A stretch of DNA of 33,658 nucleotides from Chrysochromulina tobinii. Lineage: Eukaryota. Below are positions 27,036 to 33,658 of the stretch, one piece after another. Both the position numbers and the translations under genes were made by a program. Within the stretch, counting starts at the first letter, position 1; each line of letters begins with the position of its first letter. The stretch lies in assembly GCA_001275005.1 (NCBI GenBank), contig JWZX01002700.1, positions 1 through 33,658 of the forward strand. Reading direction: 5' to 3'. Below the pieces are notes generated by a model that made no database searches, had not been told where the DNA came from, and was given only the letters and a program-made list of their open reading frames with translations.

Positions 27036-28259
27036 ATGGACCCTACCTGTGTCGTGGGCTGGCTCCGGAAGAACCATGTCGGAAATGCCTTCGGCAGCGG
27101 CGCGAGGACCCGCTTCTTCACGTCGGAGGGCTTCCACGTGAAGTACTACGCTGACGACAGGCGCAAGACGATCAAGGGCTACTTTGACCTGCGCAACGTG
27201 GTCTCAATCGCACCGACTCCGCCCGCGGAGGCGCCCGACGCAGTCACCCTGCAGATCGCCGAGGGATCAGCCACGCGCATCAAGAAGACGTTGGTCGTCT
27301 CCTTTTCCGACGACCCGGCTGCGCGCGTGCAGTGGCTCCTTGCATGGTGCTCGGCGGTCAACGACCACACGCTCGTGGACGCGGCGCTACATTCGTACAT
27401 CACGCCGTCGACGGCCGAGCGCTTCAACGCGACCTTCGCTGCGCAGCGCGGCATCGGCTCGACGCGCAGCTTGTTCAGCAAGCAACTCACAGGTGCGGGG
27501 CTACTCAGCCCACGCTTGTCGGTGTCGGCGGCGGAGCTTGCTGACGAGTCGACGCTCGACACACCGCGCAACTCCGCGCCGGCATCGCCGCAGCAGTCGT
27601 ATGAAGTTACTGTGCCTGAGGGTGCGCGCGAGGGCGATCAGCTTAAGATGACGCTACCGACAGGGATCTCGACGATCCTCACAGTACCCGACGGCGCCGT
27701 GCCGGGCTCCACGTTAACATTCGAGCTGCCTCCGGAAGCAACGGCCGAGAGCAGAATCGAGGCGGCCAACAGGGCGGCCGAGGTAGAGGGGAAGGCCGCT
27801 GTCCATATCCAGGCTCACGTCCGCGGCAGGTCAGACCGAAAGCAGTCGACCACGCTCAAGGCTGACGCACGCGCCACCGGCGCCATAGCGGGCGCACCCG
27901 CAGATCCAATCTCACCGTCCAAGTCCGCAGATCCAATCTCACCGTCCAAGTCCGCAGATCCAATCTCACCGTCCAAGTGGGAGGTGCGAAGTCCCCTCAG
28001 GGAGCCGCCCGCCGCGCCTGCCGAGGCCCAGACGGACTCGTCCACGCCTGCGGAAGCACGCACGCTGCTTCAGACCTATCAGGCGTCGCCCAACACGGCG
28101 CGCGTGTTCGAGGTAGCCGCGATCAAGCTGCAGTCAGTGATGCGCGGCAACGCCGACCGGAAGCAATCTGCGAAGCTCAGGGCGGCGCGGCCGACGTCCG
28201 ACCCATCGTCGGCCAACGAGGCGAAGGTCGAGCAGGCCTTTGGCTGCCGTACGTCGTAG
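27036..28259 (+). CDS. PH-domain protein with a VPxGxxPG beta-module and two IQ calmodulin-binding motifs (407 aa)
   Basis: ATG at 27036. PH-like: GWLRK...RTRFF....VKYY...KGYFDL...RVQWLLAW. Beta-module: YEVTVPEGAREGD...LTVPDGAVPGSTLTF. IQ motifs: AAVHIQAHVRGRSDRK and AAIKLQSVMRGNADRK. Confidence 0.85.
   Translation: MDPTCVVGWLRKNHVGNAFGSGARTRFFTSEGFHVKYYADDRRKTIKGYFDLRNVVSIAPTPPAEAPDAVTLQIAEGSATRIKKTLVVSFSDDPAARVQWLLAWCSAVNDHTLVDAALHSYITPSTAERFNATFAAQRGIGSTRSLFSKQLTGAGLLSPRLSVSAAELADESTLDTPRNSAPASPQQSYEVTVPEGAREGDQLKMTLPTGISTILTVPDGAVPGSTLTFELPPEATAESRIEAANRAAEVEGKAAVHIQAHVRGRSDRKQSTTLKADARATGAIAGAPADPISPSKSADPISPSKSADPISPSKWEVRSPLREPPAAPAEAQTDSSTPAEARTLLQTYQASPNTARVFEVAAIKLQSVMRGNADRKQSAKLRAARPTSDPSSANEAKVEQAFGCRTS
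27898..27978 (+). repeat. Perfect 27-bp coding tandem repeat x3 (ADPISPSKS)
   Basis: CCGCAGATCCAATCTCACCGTCCAAGT x3. Confidence 0.95.
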
Positions 28260-28350
28260 GCGACCTCTCATGACGACCTCTCGTTGCGCGTCGACAGATA
28301 GAATCAGAGCGTAGACCAGCCAGAACGAGAACGAGCGATATGAGCCGAGC

Positions 28351-28740
28351 GTGGCATGCACATGGGTGTGCACTTTCCCCGGCCTTATCTGTGAGTGTGG
28401 AGGCGCTGTGCAACCCACAGCCGATGCGCTGTGGGAGTTCATGTGGGAGAACACGATGTACCTGTGGACACCGTGTGCGATGAATTGCCTCTGTTCGCGC
28501 TGCCGACTCTTTCGACCTCCGGTGCCACCACTTTCCGCAGTCCGAGAGTCGTGGGCACCGCTCTACTCTCTCGACCGTGCGGTAGACGAAAAGCGGCGCG
28601 AAACCGAAAGACACCTCCACGAAAGTGAAAAGAAACCCCCTGTCCCCGCCTTTCACGCTCGTCGCCACTCGGTCGCTCCGAGCACTAACGTCGTAACCTT
28701 ACATTACGCGGTCGATCCGCCGGGCCTCGTTACACCGTAA
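28351..28740 (+). CDS. Possible small Cys/Trp-rich hypothetical protein (129 aa)
   Basis: ATG-initiated ORF with a Cys-rich N-half and a charged C-half. No family recognised. Confidence 0.3.
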   Translation: MACTWVCTFPGLICECGGAVQPTADALWEFMWENTMYLWTPCAMNCLCSRCRLFRPPVPPLSAVRESWAPLYSLDRAVDEKRRETERHLHESEKKPPVPAFHARRHSVAPSTNVVTLHYAVDPPGLVTP

Positions 28741-29104
28741 GGCGGTAACGTGGGGGGGCCTGTGGAGGCCCCGGGCCCGGCTGTACCGCGCGCCCGTCCC
28801 TGCGTCCCAGCTCCATCGAGCTGCCTCTTACAACCCGGACCGCCTTGAGCGGGAGGGGCTCTTCGACTCCCTGTCACTCATGCTCACATCATGTTGGTTT
28901 AGGTCTTTAGGACTCGCTGCCGTTTTAGCTGCCGTCGGTGACACATGCATGTATGCAGGATGCATCAACGCGATGCGTGTGCAATCGGAGCAGCTGACTC
29001 GGAGGTGCTTACTGCTTGCGTGCTTGGCTTCCGATGGGCGGCTGGAAGGTCGAGTCCTTGGCCGGGATTGAGAGGCAGCCCAAGAACGGCGTCTGCTGCC
29101 ACGG

Positions 29105-32021
29105 CTAATTCATGGAGGGAGCGCGATGGGACGTGGCGCTCAACTCGGTCAACGACTCCTTACCCTGAAGAGAGCCTCCTTGTGATCCGAGGATGCCCCC
29201 GGGCGCCTTCGGATCTACTAGACCACCGGGCTGTTTTGCTGCTAGAGAAAGCCGGTTAGCAGTCGAGTTCCACGCTTGCCGTTCGTCGGAGATGATCGAC
29301 TCTCCGGTCTCAATGAGAGTCGAGATGTTATCGATGCCTGCCCTCTCGACGTCCGTGAGCACATCCCACCAAGAGAGCAACTTCTTCATGGAACGCACGG
29401 CTCGCGTGTACCGCTCAATCTTCTTGGAGATATCTGAAAATTCAGACCAGGAGATTAGTGCACTGCAGACGATGATGACGATGATCACCGCAATAGTTTG
29501 GTTCAAGTAGGCAAGCAACGCCCCGCTCGCGGTAAGGGAAAGCTCCACAACCCTCGTCCAGAAACGTATGCGAGTGTACACTGGCAGACGCTTCTGATAG
29601 AACGTCATCATGTGCTGCAAGCGGAGTTGAAGGTATGCTTCGGGCTTGAGCGGGGAGTGGTGATCGTCGCTGATGGGCACCGTCTTTGCTTTCTTCACTT
29701 GAAATTGGTGGTGCTTGTACACACTCGGTGCCCACCGCCGCTCCAGGTCGGTTGTTTGCAAGTCGGCGGCGCTGACTAACTCTTCGCGCCATGCATTAAT
29801 CGCCGCGCAGAGCTCGATCTCGGGCCGGGCATTGTCAGAGATGGACTGCGAGCACAACATAAGTGGAGTACAATTCTTCAGCCTTCAAGCAGAGTTCAAT
29901 CTCTTCCAAAATTCAGGGGAGTTGGAATTCGAAGTTGGAATAGCTGAACGTCAGACTGAGCTCACCTGTTGGAAGCGGCCGACACGCGCCCGGTACATCC
30001 ATATAGTTGCCTCCATTGAGCAGGCCATCGAACGCAGCTGGTGCCATCGCCTCGTAGGATTAAGGAGGGAGTCAAGCCCAGAGAGGACAGTGATGAAAGT
30101 GGCAAGCCCATAGAGTGCATGTTGCAATTGGGTGCTGGGGAACACGAGCAAAAGGTTGCCAATTATGATGATGGTCACGCTGATGACGAGATGCATGAAA
30201 AAGATCAACTTGGAGCGCAATTTGTACTTGTTTGCGTTCATCATCGCCCCATCGAACTCGCACCATGCGCTGCGCAGGAGCAGGAGCCCTTGGTAGCTTG
30301 TCTCGTTGGGAAGACGGTCCAGCTTCACGAGCTCGCCAACCAGTCGAAAAGCGCCATCGATATCGTGCAAGTTCACGTGATGAAAGTTACGCCCATTGAG
30401 GATTGTACGAATGTGTACGGACAAAGCCGTGATGTTGTCGGCGTAATAGCTCATCATGGAAGTCACCCCAGCAGCAGCAGCCTCTTGTTTGACGCTCGCA
30501 GGGAGAAGCTCCCAAGCATCTAAAAAGAACCGGGTGGCGAGCCATAGTGCAGTTTGATTGATTTGCTGCACCGTAGCCGGCGCAAATTTGCCGTCGTGCG
30601 TTGCACCTCGACCCTCCTCGGCTCTCTGAATCGCCTCGTGGAGATACACGAGTTTGCGCCCTTTGGCGCCTTGGTGCGTCTCCGTATTGCGAATGTCGCC
30701 GTCGCCAAAGAGCACATCGTGAAAGTAGGAGATGCTCATCGAGTCAAATGTTTCCGCAACACCCGCCTCAAGCAGACTCATGCAATGCTTCTCGTATGCC
30801 ACCTTAGCCGCGGAAATGAGCATCTCGCGGTCGGTCGCCTCAATCAGGGGGCGATCACGCATGTCGAGGAAGAGTAGTGGCGAGCCGCTGAGCATGGTTT
30901 CCATCGCAACGCCAAGGCTGGACGCGTGCTGTGTCGCCTTGTCGAGACTAGGTTTGTCAGAATGCCCCGTTTTGATTGTGAGGCAAGGCAGAGTCTCTGC
31001 CAGGTAGCGAAGAAGCTCGTTCATCAATCTGTTGAATGGTTTTTTATCGCCCAAGCGCTCTCTTTTAGGATGGATCGTGTCCACCACAAGATAGATCATT
31101 GCATTAGGATCCAGGTCGGTGTGATAAATAGGAACTTCATCGTCGAACTTGGCATGAACAAGCTCAAGGATCTTGCGGTCACGCTGGCGCCATGCACGTG
31201 AAGCCCGGCGAACGCCTCGCCATACGGATGTCTCATCCGGGTTTTGATACAACTTTGAAATACTTGCCGTTGTAGAGAGGACAGTGAAGGGTGGTTCTCT
31301 GCCCCAGGTTGAGCGGTGGACGGAGAACATTCGCGTGAGCGAGCTGGAGAGCATGCAGGTATTCGGGCATGCGCTGCACAAGACGAACGCATTAGTCTGC
31401 GCAGCGAGTGGCAGGATGACGGTTGCCATAAAGTGGTCTAGCATTTCGATCGCCTGCCGCTCTTCATCAGGTCCTGCAAATGGGCCTCGACGAGGCATCA
31501 GGCCCGCATCGGCTTTCCCCAAGGCCGCTAACTCGCCTAAAATTTCATTAGTGACGTAGTCGGTTGACCCTTGTGAAACGAGCAAGTTGATGACCAGCTT
31601 TGGTCGCGGGATCTCAAGTGCGTCGAGCATCTTCTGCAGGCTCGCACTACTGCCTGAGATAAGTTCAGCCTGAGAGTTGGTAAGGAAGAGCAGCCGCTTG
31701 CGACCGCCGCCACCGTCGTCAGGAACCTCCTCGGTCATATTAACTGCGAACTCAGTTGACGGTCAGACTCGATCAGAGGGCCGTTGGATCAGCAAGGGTC
31801 AGCAGATGGCTCAAAGTCGCAACGCAAGGAGTGGGGGATGACGTACACATGGTCCTTGCCTTTATCATCTGCAGCTGCTCGCGCGAGAGATCCTCCTCTT
31901 CGTCGCCAGCAATCGTCGAAGCAGCATCGCCGTGAGCATCGCCAACCTCAGCTGCTTCAATGGGGTATACTTTGTCAGCTGCCCGTAAGAAGGCTGCTCG
32001 CGCTGCTCGGGGAGCTTCCAT
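29105..32021 (-). CDS. SLOG/LSDAT-like domain plus two SLATT (DUF4231-like, 2-TM) domains, ~897 aa. Exons 32021-31847, 31743-29966 and 29845-29105.
   Basis: Intron 29965-29846 (CAG|GTGAGC...CTCGCAG, phase 0) joins two ORFs in frame. The upstream intron 31846-31744 (GTACGT...CTGAC...TTCGCAG, phase 1) is less certain. SLATT motifs: NPTRRWHQLRSMACSMEATIWMYRARVGRF and PLKPEAYLQLRL...FY...KIERY...GESIISDERQAW, each with a TM hairpin. LSDAT-like motifs: LEIPRPKLVINL, ILPLAAQTNAFVL, LPCLTIKTG, GSPLLFLD. Confidence 0.8.
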
Positions 32022-32192
32022 TGACTGCAGTCGCACAGGCGGTCCGGAGTTGCTCTTGTCGCTTTGCGCAGGCTTCGTCGAACTTCCGAGGCGAGCCTGC
32101 CATTCACAATGAGAAAAGAGGGGCTGCTTCCCCGGTCTACAGTACTTTCGCCCCCTGCCCACCGGCAGGGACTATCTTAAGAACTAGGATTC

Positions 32193-33658
32193 CTACCGGA
32201 CCGCGGACGAGAAAACCCCGCCAACTCTGAATTTCCGGACCTCCCGGGCACGCGCGCCGACATCGCGTGCGCCGACGCTTGGGTTGTCGTGCTTGACGAG
32301 GGCGGCGAGGATGGCGCGCCGCAAATCTTCATCGCTCACGCCGCTCATGCTGGGCGACTCGCCGTTCTCGGTGCTGCCGCCTGCATGCGCTGCATCGGCG
32401 TGAGTCCCGGCGGCACCCCTGCTGTCGGCCTTGCTGTCGGCCTTGCTGTCGGCTGCGTCAGCGCCGGCGGCCGACGGCTCGGCGGCGGCGCTCTCCGTCG
32501 TACCGCCGAGGAGCCACGACGACCACGTCTCTTCGGGCTTCGAGGTCTCCTGCGCCGCCGCCGGTGCGGCGGCGGCCGCAGTGGCGGCCGCATCGGCGGC
32601 CGCAGCGGCGGGGTCGGTGGGCGGCGTCCGTTTGATCTTCATCGCGTGCGGCGCGACCGCGTGGCTCGCAATCCACTTGTGGATTTCGTGCCGGATGAGC
32701 GATGCGGCCGCCCGCCCGACCGGTAGCCCGAGGGAGACGCCGACGTCGAGGGAGATCTCCGAGTCGATCGCCATCTCGAGTTTCGGCATGGCGGCAAAGG
32801 AGAGGAGCACGTGCCCCATGTCGCTCGGGAAGGAGAGCGACATCTCGCCCTGGATCGTCATGGTGCTCACCCGTACGAGTAGCTTGAAGGGGACGAGGGC
32901 GGCACGCCCCTCGAGGCACATCTCCATGCGCCATGACGGGGCGAAGGACACTGTCCACTGGGAGGCCTCCAAGCTTGTCCAGCTGAGCAGCTGCAGCTGG
33001 GGGGCGTCCGACGGGATGCTCGGGAATGAGCACTTGACGTACCTGTGACACGGAATGCGCGCGCGCACCGCCCAGAAGAGATCAGCTCGAGATGCAATCG
33101 GGGACAATCACATTCAATCACGGCAATCACATGCCATCTGCATGCCACCGTGGCATGCAATCTGCAGGCCATCCGCGTGCCATCGTAGCATCTCTGTACG
33201 CACCGCACAGCCTGGATCTGCTCGAGCTTTCCAATGGCCTTCTCCATCATCTTACCCATCTTGAGCTCATATTTGAGGAGCATGCGCGGGTTGAGCAGGA
33301 GTGCCTGGAACATAGCGCGCACGCACTGGCTCCACTCGCTTGAGATCTCTCGGGCTGAGCGCAGCTCCTCCTCGGTGGCACTGAGCTGCGCAGCGAGCGT
33401 CGCGACTTGCCTGCGCAGCTGCTGCACGAGCGCACCGTCGGGCGATGGCTCCGCACAGAAGCTTCCCAAGGCCGAGCTGTAGGCGAGCCCTGAACCCCCA
33501 GGGCCGCCACTGCCGCCGCCCATCGCCGCTCCTATTGACGCCGCGCCCTCGGCGCCGGCCTCAGTGGAGGCGTGGGTGGCGTGGTGGAGCCAGTCGGCAC
33601 CATCGGCGCCGTGTCGGGCTCCTTCGGCGCCATGCGCAGCATCACTCGCGTCGCTCTG
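32193..33658 (-). CDS. SMP/TULIP lipid-transfer-domain protein, 5' partial, with intron 33203-33043
   Basis: The frame is open from the window edge, with a coiled coil followed by EISSEWSQCVRAMFQ. The intron CG|GTGCGT...TCACAG|G gives AVRYVKCSF. SMP-like segment: VRVSTMTIQGEMSLSF....LLSFAAMPKLEMAIDSEI...LIRHEIHKWIASHAVAP. Confidence 0.7.

Noticed and set aside
77..33523. Numerous long overlapping or antisense ORFs (e.g. 77-964 +, 5614-6642 -, 13244-14164 -, 15485-16570 -, 23809-24441 +)
   Set aside because: They are shadows of real genes in high-GC DNA, with Arg/Ala/Gly-rich translations and no motifs.

Overview
This is eukaryotic nuclear DNA: GC-rich and gene-dense, with short GT-AG introns carrying CTGAC branch points and one bipartite plastid-targeting leader. 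It is most consistent with a haptophyte alga such as Chrysochromulina (inference). About 11-12 protein genes are supported. Two head-to-head paralogous DNRLRE/CBM96-like surface-protein genes flank an ABHD/YheT hydrolase-MATE fusion, and both are frameshifted after domain 1. They are followed by a plastid-targeted membrane protein, a ~1710-aa protein combining three GLEBS-like motifs with Skp1-like, F-box-like and ankyrin regions, and a coiled-coil protein with 49-aa repeats. Further right lie a multi-TM HET-domain protein, a 2.4-kb segment bounded by identical 89-bp direct repeats, a PH-IQ protein, a SLOG-like-SLATT-SLATT protein and a 5'-partial SMP-domain gene. No rRNA, tRNA or CRISPR array is supported. 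The best novelty candidates are the GLEBS/Skp1/F-box/ankyrin protein, the HET plus SLOG-SLATT immune-like pair, the inverted variable surface-protein pair and the direct-repeat-bounded element. All domain calls come from recognising motifs by eye, not from database searches.
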